Shown here in pieces: positions 10,290-22,559 of a stretch of DNA of 64,000 nucleotides. This DNA comes from an uncultured candidate division Zixibacteria bacterium (GTDB lineage: Bacteria; Zixibacteria; MSB-5A5; UBA10806). The translations under genes and the position numbers were made by a program. The stretch is from the NCBI GenBank assembly GCA_963801605.1, contig CAWDFP010000008.1, positions 1 through 64,000 of the forward strand, given 5' to 3'. Within the stretch, counting starts at the first letter, position 1; every line of letters begins with the position of its first letter. The notes below the pieces were generated by a model, which was not told where the DNA came from, did no database searches, and saw only the letters and a list, made by a program, of their open reading frames with translations.

Positions 10290-10367
10290 TGGGTTAGTTT
10301 ATCAATAACATGGGGTGATGACAAGGGAAAATTGAGGCAACATCCTTGATTTTAACGCAGGTAATTT

Positions 10368-11699
10368 TTAGCGCTTCAGGGGATCGGTCTGACGAACCAA
10401 TGTGCCGGTTTGAAGAACTTCCTCGATTTTATAGACTCCCAGCTTGCGGTTCTTAATAAAACCGTTTAGAGCCTTTTCGGCCAGGATGCCATCCTTCAGC
10501 ATATCTCTCAACCATTCCGCGGCTTGAAGCGGCGAATACTGCGGCAGGGCACACGATTTATCCATAAGCCATTTGCCGTTTTTATCCTCCTGGGTTCCGA
10601 TGGTAGGCGCCATGACAATCGGAATACCGAGTGCGGAGTAGAATGAAAGTTCGCTGGGTTTGGTCCAGAGAATATCAGTGGTTCGCATCAAACGATTGAA
10701 ATGTTCGAAATAGGCGGGCCGGCTATCCTCGCGAATAACTTCGATACCATTGGTATTCTTGGGATACAACCCAATATGAAGCAGAAAATCGACGAAGGCT
10801 CGTTCCACAAATCGATTCGTGCCGGCAACAAGTTTGAGTTTGAAGCGACCATCGAGAATACCGTCTTTAAGGCTTAGGGCTAATTGCTGGCCGATCTCAA
10901 CCTGGGCGCCTGCTCCGCCAACCGCAAAGGTAACGGTCACCGGCTGAATATCACCGGCGTTGGAATCCCAGGGTCCGAGATTTTGTTCGACAAGTGGACG
11001 GTAAAGCGAAATAAAACGTCCCTTTGGATCGAGCCGGTGCAAACGGGCCAGAAAATCGGATTTCAAAATCGGCATATCCGGCCCGCCAATATTTTCTTTG
11101 GGCAGAGGGAATCCCGTAATAAATATCCGCTCGTCGGGCACGCCATACGACCTTAACCGTCGCATAACTCGTCCACAGGGGGCAAAATAATAAATCTGGC
11201 TTTCCCTGGGCTTGGTAGCTACCCAGACGCGGTTGAGATCAGCGTCGCAAATAACGGTATATATGGGATTATAATGATAATGATCGGCAACCATCGAGGG
11301 TGCATAGAATGTCGAAATAATGGGAAGATGGTTGGTGGCGATTCGGCGCATTAGAGTTTTGCCCAGGCCGCGCCTGATAAAATAATCAACTATATAATTA
11401 TTAGGGGCGGCCTTCGAAAGATCACGAAGCGGATAGAATGGCGGAATTCGAAGCAATGAATTCATTAACCCAAAAAGCCAATTGCCTATTATCGGGATTT
11501 CTTTGGTTCGGGATATGAATTCGTAGATGGCCCGGATGCTGCGCCAGAAACGGGCTTCGCCGCTGTCAGTGACATCGGGATCGCCAGCGGTAATAATACC
11601 ACCCTCGGCCATGTAGGAAAGCGGAAACGCGGCTCGCTGGTGCCCCAGGCCCATGTCAGCAGTGACCACCCAGGCCTTTGTACTATTAGGATTCAACAT
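10368..11699 (-). CDS. GT-B fold glycosyltransferase-like protein (MGDG synthase/GT28-related)
   Basis: MGLGHQRAA, ITGFPL, GGAG, DILWTKPSE, GTQEDKN. Confidence 0.65.
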   Translation of the reverse strand: MLNPNSTKAWVVTADMGLGHQRAAFPLSYMAEGGIITAGDPDVTDSGEARFWRSIRAIYEFISRTKEIPIIGNWLFGLMNSLLRIPPFYPLRDLSKAAPNNYIVDYFIRRGLGKTLMRRIATNHLPIISTFYAPSMVADHYHYNPIYTVICDADLNRVWVATKPRESQIYYFAPCGRVMRRLRSYGVPDERIFITGFPLPKENIGGPDMPILKSDFLARLHRLDPKGRFISLYRPLVEQNLGPWDSNAGDIQPVTVTFAVGGAGAQVEIGQQLALSLKDGILDGRFKLKLVAGTNRFVERAFVDFLLHIGLYPKNTNGIEVIREDSRPAYFEHFNRLMRTTDILWTKPSELSFYSALGIPIVMAPTIGTQEDKNGKWLMDKSCALPQYSPLQAAEWLRDMLKDGILAEKALNGFIKNRKLGVYKIEEVLQTGTLVRQTDPLKR

Positions 11700-12050
11700 G
11701 CTATTACTCGCATCGACACTATTTATATCCGTATTTGGTGTCCAGATAAAGTAAAATTATTAATTATTTAGTAATTCAACAGATTTTAACTGAGCGTTTT
11801 TAGTATAGACAAGTTAAAACCGCCGCTGTATAATACAGTTTTAATGATAGCTGATATTGCAAAAGTAACCGGAAAGCATTTGAAATTGCCGGATATGACT
11901 CTGTTTTATTCGACGCATTACTTTAAATTTCGATACATCAGCTGTATTATTATTTATTACGCTATTTTGTTTGGTCCGATGAAATTTTTATTTCGAGCGT
12001 AAATTCACGAACCAATTTGATAAAGAATTTTTCACGATAGAGAGGTTTAA

Positions 12051-13796
12051 ATGTCTCCTAATCCGTTTGCCAGAAGATCGACAAAATCTATCAAAGATTT
12101 AATAGAGGTCTCATCAGGGCAGAAAGCGGCTGATTTAAGCCTGGAAAACGGCAAGATTATCAATGTTTTTACGGGCGAAATTATCGAGGGCAATATTACT
12201 GTATTCCAGGAGCGAATTGCCGGAGTGGGGCCGAAATATAAAACCGCCAAAAGAATCGATCTCAAAGGTAAATATGTTGCGCCCGGCTTTATAGACGGGC
12301 ACTTTCATATCGAATCGTCTATGGTGACAATACCGGAGCTGGCACGCTTCATTGTACCGCGCGGGACAACCTCGGTGATAGCTGATCCTCATGAGATCGC
12401 CAATGTTTTGGGTTATGACGGCGTGCGGTACATGCTGGAATCATCTAAATATAATCCCATGAATGTTTTTCTGACTCTTCCCTCCTGCGTACCGTCCACC
12501 AATCTGGAAACATCGGGCTCGACCATGAGGGCCTTTGATATCTATCCTTTCTTCCGCGAGAAATGGGTGGTCGGCTTAGGGGAAGTCATGAACTATCCGG
12601 GCGTTCTCAACGGTGACGAGGACCTCATGGAAAAGATCGCTATTACGGAGGAGAAACGGGTCGAGGGTCACGCGCCGGGCATGAGCGGTAAGGAGTTGGC
12701 GGGATATATTTCGGCGGGGATATCGTCCGATCATGAATCCACCACTCTGGAGGAGGCACGTGAGAAGCTTCGGCTGGGAATGTATGTCATGGCCCGCGAA
12801 GGATCGGCCGCCAGGAATCTCAAAGACCTGATTCCGTTGATAAAGCCCGAAAACCGGAGCCGTTTCATGCTGGTAACGGACGATCACAACCCCAGCGATA
12901 TTTTGGCTACCGGCCATATGGATGGAGTCGTGCGCAAAGCTGTGCGGCTGGGGCTTAATCCGATAACGGCGATTCAGCTTACGACAATAAATCCCGCCCA
13001 ATATTTCGGGCTTAAGGACCTGGGTGCAATCGCTCCGGGATTGTTAGCTGATTTAGTGGTTTTCGACAATCTTAAAGATATTAACGCCACTGAGGTTTTC
13101 AAGAAAGGACAGCTTGTCGGTAAGAATGGGGAAGCTGTATACGACGAAGTACCGCGGCCTCGTCCGATGATAAGAAGCACGGTGAATATCAAGTGGCTCG
13201 AAGGGGACGAATTCCGTATTCCCGCTAAAAAAGGGCGAGTGCGAGTAATAGGCATTATCCCCAATCAGATAGTAACAAAGCACAAAGTTGTAACACCGAA
13301 GCTTGCCGGCCGCGAGGTTGTGTCCGATACCAAACGCGATATCCTGAAAACATTCGTTCTCGAAAGGCATACAGCGTCGGGACGAATCGGCAAGGGACTG
13401 GTGCAGGGATTTGGAATCAAACGAGGAGCGGTGGCAACATCGATAGCGCACGATTCGCATAATATTATCGCTATTGGAGTTGATGATGCCGATATTTTCA
13501 AGGCGGTTATACATATCAATAAGATCGGCGGCGGCGTGGTGGCAGTATCCGACGGCGAGGTTATGGCGGATGTTAAACTGCCGATTGCGGGTTTGATGTC
13601 GGATAAGCCGCTTCGGGAGGTGGCTGAGGCCGTGCGTAAAATCACCCTGGCAATACAGGATTTAGGTTCAGAGCTCGAAGACCCAATAATGACACTCAGC
13701 TTTTTGGCTCTGCCGGTAATACCTGAACTGAAGCTTACAGATTTTGGCTTGATAGATGCAGTGGAATTCAAGAAGATCGATTTATTTGTAAAATAG
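12051..13796 (+). CDS. ade: Adenine deaminase
   Basis: DGHFHIESSM, DPHEIANV, GHAPG, SDHE, AHDSHN, FLALPVIPELKLTD. Confidence 0.96.
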   Translation: MSPNPFARRSTKSIKDLIEVSSGQKAADLSLENGKIINVFTGEIIEGNITVFQERIAGVGPKYKTAKRIDLKGKYVAPGFIDGHFHIESSMVTIPELARFIVPRGTTSVIADPHEIANVLGYDGVRYMLESSKYNPMNVFLTLPSCVPSTNLETSGSTMRAFDIYPFFREKWVVGLGEVMNYPGVLNGDEDLMEKIAITEEKRVEGHAPGMSGKELAGYISAGISSDHESTTLEEAREKLRLGMYVMAREGSAARNLKDLIPLIKPENRSRFMLVTDDHNPSDILATGHMDGVVRKAVRLGLNPITAIQLTTINPAQYFGLKDLGAIAPGLLADLVVFDNLKDINATEVFKKGQLVGKNGEAVYDEVPRPRPMIRSTVNIKWLEGDEFRIPAKKGRVRVIGIIPNQIVTKHKVVTPKLAGREVVSDTKRDILKTFVLERHTASGRIGKGLVQGFGIKRGAVATSIAHDSHNIIAIGVDDADIFKAVIHINKIGGGVVAVSDGEVMADVKLPIAGLMSDKPLREVAEAVRKITLAIQDLGSELEDPIMTLSFLALPVIPELKLTDFGLIDAVEFKKIDLFVK

Positions 13797-13998
13797 CGCT
13801 CATAACGCGTTGTAATTACGATCTGAATTTTTCAAAATCTGAGGGTATCTGCCGGCGCCGGTAACTTCCAAAAAGAATATATAGTAGCTGGAAATCCAAT
13901 TATTAACGGGACTTCCGGGCAATAACCTACACAAGATATTTTTAATTATAGTCGGTAATTACGCTTTGAGCTTAGGGATCGATTGTATCGTAAAGAAG

Positions 13999-15962
13999 CT
14001 AATTAAAGAAATTCCACATAAAGCCAACCCACACGATACGAGGTGATTCGAGGTAAGGCCACCAGGTGGAATAACTGGAATTAAGCAGGTTTTCGTCATT
14101 GAGCCAGATTGTTAAATCTTTATAGCGGAATTCAAGTCGTCCAGAAAGCGATGAAAAACTGCCGGTAAATCCCTTCGTAATCGATCGGTAATCCCGTCGG
14201 CTTGAAACGCGGGCCTCCAGCGAGGCTCCAAGATATAATCTGGGAATGAAAACCTGTTTTAAGTATGACAATCTGGCATAAGCCAGTGCTGCCGGGCCCT
14301 TTTCTAAATTATCGGAGAAAAATCGTTTTGACCATTTGCGATAAGCCCCCGAAACCTCACCGGTAAGCGGTCCATAATCGGCGCTGGCCCTGGCGAATAT
14401 CTCCATAAAGTTATCATCAAAGTTGGTGGGCGTTACTGTGAAGTTGCCAACGGAATCGGAGGCGTAAGTAAGATAAATTTGCGATTTAATTTTCTTATAG
14501 GATATACCCTCGATCGATTTTACCTGGCCCCATGACGATTCGACTCCAAAAGTTGCCTGAGTTGTCACCGGCATTTTCAGATCAGGATTCGATATAAAGC
14601 TATAGGAATTTAATAAGGTTCCGACGCCCAAGCCGCTGGCAGAATCATTAAAGTAAAGCAGATTGAGATCGGGCTGGCGCCGAGAACGAATTATCTCGAT
14701 AAAAGGCTTTTGATTCGAATTCAAAGCATAAAATAATTTAGCCGATGGCAAAAAGGCGCTTTTATCAACTTTATTCCAGGCATAAACTACATTCAGATCA
14801 TAATCAATTGAAACGAGCTTGCCGCGCAATCTAACTGATGGTTCAACTTCCCCAATAGCGGGATTATTCCCGGAAATTTTAGAGACGTTATATCGATAGT
14901 ATTGCAGAACGCCATCGAGAATATAGTTTGAACTGGAATCGGAAAGAAGCGCTTGACCGCCAATTACCTTATAAATCTCTTTAATCTCATTTGAATATCC
15001 ATCGACGAGTTTGATTGTTGTTTTGAAAAAAACCGGTCAGGGTTGCGCTGTAATTTTCCATCAATTTGGTTTTATAACGGAGCTCTCCCCTGCTGATTGA
15101 ACGGTTATATCGTGATTGTTGGGCGGTCAGAAAATCGAAAGTATTAAAACCGCCTTTAGCCTTATGCTGCCAGAGATCAATGCTGACTTCACCTTTTCCT
15201 ATTTGCCGGGAAATCCCTCCGGTAACATGGAAAGCCGTTATAATCGGAGTTAACTTCGTAACCACCTGATTTTTTAAATCCCGCCGTAAAATAAGTGTAA
15301 GTCTTTTTACCGAAGGGCCTGAAGAAACGCCAATGCGAAGCCTCGTAACTATAAGGCCCGCGAGCCACGTCGATATCCGACCGATTGGAGTTATCGGCAG
15401 GGCGGCCAACTTTGAAATCGAGTTCATCGGCAGATCGGGATTTAGGATTCCAGGAGATATCATTTAAGATTTCCCAGGGGATTGTATTGAGATCGGTTCC
15501 GATAACGTACGGCCTGTACAATCCCTGATAGGGAAACGGCAATCCGTTAAGTTTGATTTCAATACCGGGTACGTTGAGGTATTCGAAAGGTATGGCAGGC
15601 GAGCCAACCGTTCCCGGGGTAGAAACGAAAATATCGGGGATATCTTTAACCTCATCCTCCGGCCCTTTTGAAATACGGCTGCGGTCATGAAAGATTGAGG
15701 ATGTAATCACGGTTTGAAGCGATTCGGCCGCCAAAGATTCAGGCGAGACCGTGGCGAGTCGCAGCGTTGACGCTATTGAATCCGGCAATATAAAGGAAGT
15801 ATCGCTTTCAACCGGCGCGGGAGCTGCACCCAGCGTATCGGGTTTGCTGTAGGGCACCGTACTCGATGCCGTGTCTGGAGGAGCCACCTGAGCTTTGAGC
15901 GGAGCGATTAAAAACGCAATCAACGCGCAAGCGGCGGCAGTAGATATCCTATTCGTTTCCAA
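13999..15962 (-). CDS. TonB-dependent-receptor-like outer-membrane beta-barrel with plug domain (at least two frameshifts, ~15230 and ~14990)
   Basis: Signal peptide; plug-like IEIKLNGLP...DLNTIPWEILNDI; amphipathic beta-strands; aromatic C-terminus VGFMWNFFN. Pieced from three ORFs. Confidence 0.6.
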
Positions 15963-16483
15963 ATCCTGTAAATGATTAATGATGAAAAAGCGAAAATAAC
16001 CGTATTGCTAATCAAGTGAATTACGCCAAATCCGAGACCGCCAATGAATGATGGCCAGAACGGCCCAAAGACGATGGCAAATGCGAGATTGGTTGTTATA
16101 TCGTACCACAACGTTAGAATCGCGCCACAAGCGGCCAGCAGGAGCGCCATGCGTTTAGTTTCATAATGATTGATAATAATCGGCCTGAGCAGCCCTCCTG
16201 CCAAACCGAAGAGAATAAAACCGACAAGTTGAGCCAAACCCACGAGCGGCATTATTTGAATTCCGTTCGGATTAAAAAAGATAAAGATAATTCCGGCTAC
16301 GAGCGCCACACCAAGTCCATCCCAAATGCCCAAAAATACTCCTGACAAAAAAAGCGCGAGCGAAAATGTTTCCACGTTGGGGATCGCCAGAAACGGAGCG
16401 TTAACCCCAAATGCCAGCGCCGAAAAAATCCCAACCCTGGCCACATCCGAAAGCCCAAATCTGCTACGACCTTTCTCAGGCAT
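15920..16483 (-). CDS. ECF transporter S-component (CbrT-like, substrate uncertain)
   Basis: About six TM helices; VGIFSALAF, IPNVE, FNPNG, HLISN; ATG 16483. Confidence 0.7.
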   Translation of the reverse strand: MPEKGRSRFGLSDVARVGIFSALAFGVNAPFLAIPNVETFSLALFLSGVFLGIWDGLGVALVAGIIFIFFNPNGIQIMPLVGLAQLVGFILFGLAGGLLRPIIINHYETKRMALLLAACGAILTLWYDITTNLAFAIVFGPFWPSFIGGLGFGVIHLISNTVIFAFSSLIIYRIWKRIGYLLPPLAR

Positions 16484-16484
16484 C

Positions 16485-18330
16485 TCATTTGACGCCGTTA
16501 ACAACGGCGAATCTTGCCGGTTGCTGTATTTCCGCCGGCTCTGAATAGGTAGATGTATATGCCTGAGGCAATAAAATCCCCTCCCGCAGTTTTTCCGTCC
16601 CATTGAATACCGTGTGCATATCGTCCAGCATCGGTAAATAAAAACCTCTCCCCCGGAATTTTCTGTACCAGCGCCCCGGATGCATCGTAAATCAGCATCT
16701 CCATTTCCGATTTAGAATACGTTTTGTCGAGCGAATAGGGAATTGTCAGAGAGTCGCCGCCGCTAATTACGTATGGTGATGGGTATGCCTGTGAAACGCC
16801 AAACACCGGTGAACCCTCACCGCCGGTAAGAGAAGCGTCATATACAAGCGTTCCACCATAATTAAAACTTGAATAATTAGGATTCAACCCAGTTACCGTC
16901 GGGATTAATACTATGGCTCGGTAGCTATTCCAATCGATCCATGGTCCCGCGCCAGCACCTGTAGTCGGGTTAACCTGGATATCTACCCAACGACTGTCAT
17001 TGGCCCGATAACCAAGCAGGGCCACATGCCATCCCAGACCGCCGGAAAGGTCCTGCCCATTAAAATTGGCGATAATACCGCCTGTCGCAGTCGGGATGGA
17101 ATTCATGATTACAAAATTAGCCCCAAATTCCTGGGGATAATCGAAAATATTAGTTAGCGTAAAGGGAGTGATTCCCGGCAAATTGCCGACATAAAGGGTT
17201 GTTTCGGCGCCCGGGAAGCGGCGTCCATCAGTAAAATAATGAACCGTATCGGCCAGTGCGCCGGTTTGGAAATTCCAGACTTCAAATTCGAGGAAAGCGC
17301 TGCTTATGTCGCTGCCTCGGGCCCGGAGCGCGCCATCAGTGGCAGGCAGAGTATTGTACCCCGCAACCGCGCCGCACCTTTGCCAGATATCTTTCATGAT
17401 GCTGAGATCGTCGAAACTCTCTGTCAGATACATCGGCCATACGCAACTGGCATAGGGATGAAACGCCTCGGCGCTGCCGCCGTAAGAAAATACGCCGAGA
17501 CCCATCCATATATAATTGTAGAAATACGGCAAATACCCGATGTAGTCTTTAATATAACTATAGACAACATTTTCCATCCAGGTGGATGATGCCTCCTCCC
17601 ACCAGGGTTTGTAGGTGGCGGGAAGCGAGTCTACCAGAGCGTCGAATTCAAAGGCGTCATATCCAAATTGAACAGCGTGGAAAAATTCGTGCGCCGCGGT
17701 TACTTTTGTCGGTTCGAGGGGATGTTGCCGGTAATTTGGATTAAGGGTTTCCTGGAAATCGTTTTCGATCTCGATAAAGCTTGTGGCTCTGTACCCGAGG
17801 ATGCTGTCATCCTGAGTAAAACCAAAATAACCGGAGCCGAGATTTACGAGATAGATATCATATCGATTGTCTCCGCCGTTTCCGAAATCGGTTGGAGGCG
17901 GTAGATAACCAAGCGAATCAATTTCAATACTCCAAACGTGTTCGAAAACATCGGCGACGCGCGTAACATGTTGGGGAACCCCCGCCAGAGAATCGATTCC
18001 CGATTGGTAAACGGAATCGGATCCGGTAGTCGTATAATGGATGAGAAAGTGAGTTGTGCCGTAAGAATCGGGGAGCGTTGGACGCTGGTTTTGAAGCGTA
18101 AGCTCAACGCTTGGATATTTATGATTGTAGTACGCCAGTGCTGAAAAAACCGGAGTTCCGCATTTTAAGGGAAGCATTTCGCCCGCGGCAGCCGGCGCGG
18201 GAGCCTGCCCTTTGACCTGGGCAACCCATGACGAAATAAGTTGGACCGCCTGTTTTTGCTCGGCTTCAGCGACTGCATAAGAGAAATAACAAATGACGCA
18301 AACGGCAATAATCAGCAATCGGCGCATCAT
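16485..18330 (-). CDS. Secreted MXAN_6640-like zinc metalloprotease with FlgD-Ig-like C-terminal domain (frameshift ~16510)
   Basis: Signal peptide, LKCGTP, HFLIHYTT, AAHEFFHAVQFGY, WWEEASSTWME; C-terminal YPSP...WDGK...SGIYIY. Confidence 0.8.
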
Positions 18331-19154
18331 TTTTCCTCCTTCACCCTCTTGAGTTCCATAAGACAGCTATATGGCACTTTTTGAGAGCCCATCAGCACTT
18401 TTCCCTTACGAGGGCCATGACAATCGGAACCCCCTGTATATATCACTCCGAATTTTTTGGCAAAATTCTTATAGCGCTGAACCGCCGACTTATCATGCAG
18501 TGAATGATAGGCCTCGATTCCATCCAAGCCCATTCCGACCAGATCAGGGATGAATTCATCGCGTTTCAAAGTCCCCGGATGTGCCAAGACCGCTACACCG
18601 CGCACCAGGTGTATGAGACTGATACCCTCCTCGGGAATCAATACCGGTTTGGGAACGTAGGCGGGGGCATGATATCCCAGATAGCGCGCAAAAGCTTCAT
18701 CATAGGTTTGAACGAACTCCTCGCGCACCAGGGCATCGGCCAGGTGCGGGCGGCCAACGGCGCTATTGCCGGCAATGAGTTTGACCGTTTCCATCGACAA
18801 ATTAATGCCGAGTTCGTTCAGCTTGGCTACCATCGCCTCGCCACGCTCGTAGCGTTCTCGACGAAAGGCCTCGATCTTTCTGACAAACTCCGGGTTTTCG
18901 TAGTCTATCAGATATCCCAGAATATGAACATCCATTCCCTTGTAATAGCAGGATAACTCCACACCGGGCAGTACTTCAAGTTGATCTTCGGTTACCAGTT
19001 CATGGGCGATTTTGAAGCCATCGACAGTGTCATGATCGGTCATAGCTATGGCGGCCAATCCGGATTGCATAGCATATTCCACAACCTCCGCGGGAGTAAA
19101 CAAACCATCGGAAGCGTTACTGTGAATGTGTAAATCGATATATTCTTTTTTCAT
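18327..19154 (-). CDS. PHP-domain phosphoesterase (TrpH/YciV-like)
   Basis: DLHIHSNASDG, TDHDT, GRPH, LAHP, GGSDCHG. Confidence 0.9.
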   Translation of the reverse strand: MKKEYIDLHIHSNASDGLFTPAEVVEYAMQSGLAAIAMTDHDTVDGFKIAHELVTEDQLEVLPGVELSCYYKGMDVHILGYLIDYENPEFVRKIEAFRRERYERGEAMVAKLNELGINLSMETVKLIAGNSAVGRPHLADALVREEFVQTYDEAFARYLGYHAPAYVPKPVLIPEEGISLIHLVRGVAVLAHPGTLKRDEFIPDLVGMGLDGIEAYHSLHDKSAVQRYKNFAKKFGVIYTGGSDCHGPRKGKVLMGSQKVPYSCLMELKRVKEEK

Positions 19155-20681
19155 CCGAGTTTCAATTCTACAATTTTTTCGGTTTTATCGAATAGCTCCT
19201 GCGCCCTCGCAAGAGTAGATTTGGCCCTGTTAGCGAGCTCGCTGCGTTTGGTTTCATCTTCAAGGCCCGGTAGATTTATTCTGACATTCATATTGGCTCC
19301 CTTGACCGCCGAAAGGGCCATAAGATTCGCCACGCCGACATCCGAGATGGAATTGACATTTCCTTTCTCGGCGATTACCGGCAGATGCTCCATTATTGCC
19401 ACTGTCTTTTCCATCACTTCCAGAGGAATTGTGGATGCGAGCAGGGTAGCCTCCTGAATCTTGGCATTGCGCTGGGTAATCTCAAATTCGGTATATTTCG
19501 GCAACCGTCTGGCTGCAAGAACCTGGTCAAATCCCTGGGCATCCTTTTCGATTAGAAAAATCAGTTCCGGCCGCAGAGCATCGAGCTTCTTTAAGACTAC
19601 CTTAAGCTCCTCGGAGACGTCAAGATACTTTTTCTTGCCGACCGTAAGACCACAGACCATCCCTCCCAAAGCGGCAGATAAAGCGCCCGCCAACGCCGAT
19701 ACCGAACCGCCACCGGGAGTTGGAGTATTGGCCGCGACGCTATCTACAAAGGCTTTCATCCCCTGCTTGGCGGATAGTTCGGGTGATTTGAGTTTGTATT
19801 CGAGTATTTGCGAGGTTTTGAAATTTTCCAGGCCAAGATAAAAATCAGCTACATCAACTAAGGCCTGCATGGGAGTCAGACCGATAATCTCCGCTGAAAT
19901 GAGCGGCACACCATAACGACGGGCCTCGGATTTAATCATCTCGTAAGCGCGGAAGATCGGCGTCTTTTCAAAATTTACGAGATTCATCGAGACCTGTACC
20001 ATTTGACGTTCTTTTATTTCGAAACCCAACGCTTTCACATAGCGCAGGCCGCCATCGCCAAACCTGATAGCCTTGGCAATATCCTTGGCAATTTTGAGAT
20101 TGGTCGTTCCCAGGTAAACATTGAAAGCGACAAGATAAGGTCTGGCTCCGACGGCAGTGGCGCCTGCTGTGGGATGAGTCTGGCTGGGGCCGAAATCCGG
20201 TTTACGGTCGGGATCGGTTCCGATAGAAGCTTTGATTCCCTCGTATTGTCCGCGTCTCACGTCGGCCAGATTTTCGCGTTCGGGGCGGGTAGCCGCGGAT
20301 TCATAAAGATAGATCGGAATACCAAGAGTCATCGGCCACCCTTTTACCCAACTGACGGGCCATTTCAACGCACTCTTCGATAGTTACTCCGGAGACAGGT
20401 ATAAAGGGAACAACATCGGTGGCGCCCATGCGGGGATGTTCACCTTGATGCTTTTCCATATCGATCAATTCGGTGGCCTTGACCATAGCTTTGTAAGCCG
20501 CTTCAAGGACCGGTTCCGGCTCGCCAACGAATGTAATGACGGCGCGGTTGTGATCTTTATCCATTTCCTGATCTAAAAGCTGAACGCCGTGAACGGCTTC
20601 AATTTCACCAACGATGGCAGCGATTTTTTGGGGATCTCGTCCTTCCGAAAAATTAGGCACACATTCCACAAGCTTCGACAT
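19151..20681 (-). CDS. ftcD: Fused glutamate formimidoyltransferase / formimidoyl-THF cyclodeaminase (frameshift ~20330)
   Basis: ECVPNFSEGR, HPRMGATDVVPFIP, QVSMNL, PTPGGGSVSAL, NVRINL. Confidence 0.92.
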
Positions 20682-20682
20682 A

Positions 20683-21644
20683 CTACATCCTATTCCCTTC
20701 CATAAATTTATCTTTAATGGCCGCAGCCAGAAGCGGGATCATTATTTCATGATGCCCCGTAAAACTAAATCCCTGACCGTTTCCGGCTACCGGCCGAGTC
20801 GTCACGTTTGTATTTGGCCGATAATGCTGAATCATATCGAAATTAACCGCTGTAAAATTTGTCACATCTTCCGTAAATATTGCGGGCCACCGTCAGCGCT
20901 TTCAGAAATACCTCCGGCATTATCACCGCCGAACCGATATTTAATACGACACCGCCGGAGAGATGCCCCACTGATTCGCATAAAATATGAAAATCTCCGT
21001 GAGATAGCTCGCCAAATAAGGCGCCATCAAAGCCAGGATGCTGGCAGATCGTATCGGTGCCAATAGCGATATGGACAGTGGCCGGAATGCCCTTTGTATA
21101 GCAAGCGCTTAAAACTGAATGAGAAGCGTACTGCGCCGCTTTATCGCCAAAAAACTTTCCTAAACCCTCGCCTAATCCAAGTTTCTCTTTCTGAGCTAAT
21201 TGAGCGGCTTCGAAAAATGAGTTTCGGCGTTTCTTCGACCATTCCAAAGGTGCCATCGGATAAGGCCATCGGCCACTTCTTCGGAGGTCCGTCCAAAAAA
21301 AGCCATTTCGAGATCGTGAATTACAAAAGCGCCATTAACTGCCATATGGGTGATAAAGCCGCGCTCTATGAGATCAATCAAAATATCGGAAAGCCCCACC
21401 TTAATCGGATGCGCTCCCATCATCCAGATGACCGGTTTTTCCTGACGCTGGCGCCGGCGATCTTTTCGGCCACGACTAATAAATCCCTGGCCTTCAGATA
21501 ATCGGGAAGGGAATCCAGGAATTCCGAAAGCGAAGTCTCAGGAGAGGAAATCTTGCCCAGCCGGGAAATATCGGCTTTGGTTTGACGATTCTCGACTTTC
21601 AGGGTCTTGATTTTGGAGATATCAATTTTTTTGAATTTGCTCAT
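20683..21644 (-). CDS. Conserved hypothetical protein, deoxyhypusine-synthase-like fold (three apparent frameshifts)
   Basis: Pieces read MMGAHPIKVGL, NGAFVIHDLE, TVHIAIGTD, GSAVIMPEVFLKAL, GHHEIMIPLL. Confidence 0.65.
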
Positions 21645-22559
21645 CGGAGATTTTCCCGCGGGTGAATTTGTTGAGTTGGGCGTTAATCGAGCCCAAAATA
21701 TAGACTTCGCTTTTCATCATGACCGGCATTTTATATTGATCATCGGTAATCCAAATTTTTATATTGCCCTTGGCTTTGAATATTCCCTCGGAACGCATGA
21801 CAGGTTCGATTATGATACAGTCGAATTCACCGGCGGGAACTTCGACATGCTCCCTGCCAAGCACTCTAACGTTGATAGGATAGTTTTTTCTATCGGAGTG
21901 GCTGTCGATCAATATATCCTCTCCCGGGCACAAGCTCCTGAGTTCTAATATAATATAAGCTCGATAACGGGTCCTGGACAAAGGCGAATGTAGGTATGGT
22001 ATCATTTCCGGTGATCGCCAGGTGCTTTTTTTGATCAAACTTGGTCTGGCGATTTACCTTATATTTTCCCTCGCGAATTTGCTTGGTAAAATACCTGGGA
22101 AAAAGACCGGGCATATCGATATATGTCTGAACGGTATCGCGCACTTTGTAAAAAACCGAAATAAAATCGTTGGAATTGGCGATAGAGACGACCCGATAGC
22201 AAATATGGTTATCAACCAAGGCCGTATCCTTAATCTCCATCACAGCGTTTCCGGCGGAGATAGAGCCATATTTGACCGAAAATTCAAGCCTCTCCCCAAC
22301 TCCAAAGGCCTTATTGGGAACTGTCCGGCTCCACCAGGAGGAATCAATGATTGGCTCCGCCAGCTTGTTGGAGAGCGGTAATGTATCGGTAATTTGCGGC
22401 AGCGTTTCGGCCGGAACCGGTGTTACGGCCGCGGGAGTAGAATCGATAACCGCATTAACTACCGTATCGCTGGATGGCAAGGTGCTCTCCTCGGGATTGC
22501 CTCCCAAGGCCGAAAGAATAATCAATTGGCAAAATAAGAGTGCGAAATAAATTGGTCAT
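21622..22559 (-). CDS. DUF3108 domain secreted protein (frameshifts ~22525 and ~21922)
   Basis: FGVGERLEFSVKYG, YKVRD, QDPLSSLYYIR, VPAGEFDC, IWITDD..KMPV. Confidence 0.78.

Noticed and set aside
11700..12050. Purine riboswitch upstream of ade
   Set aside because: The conserved aptamer core (ATATGG...GTTTCTACC) is absent.
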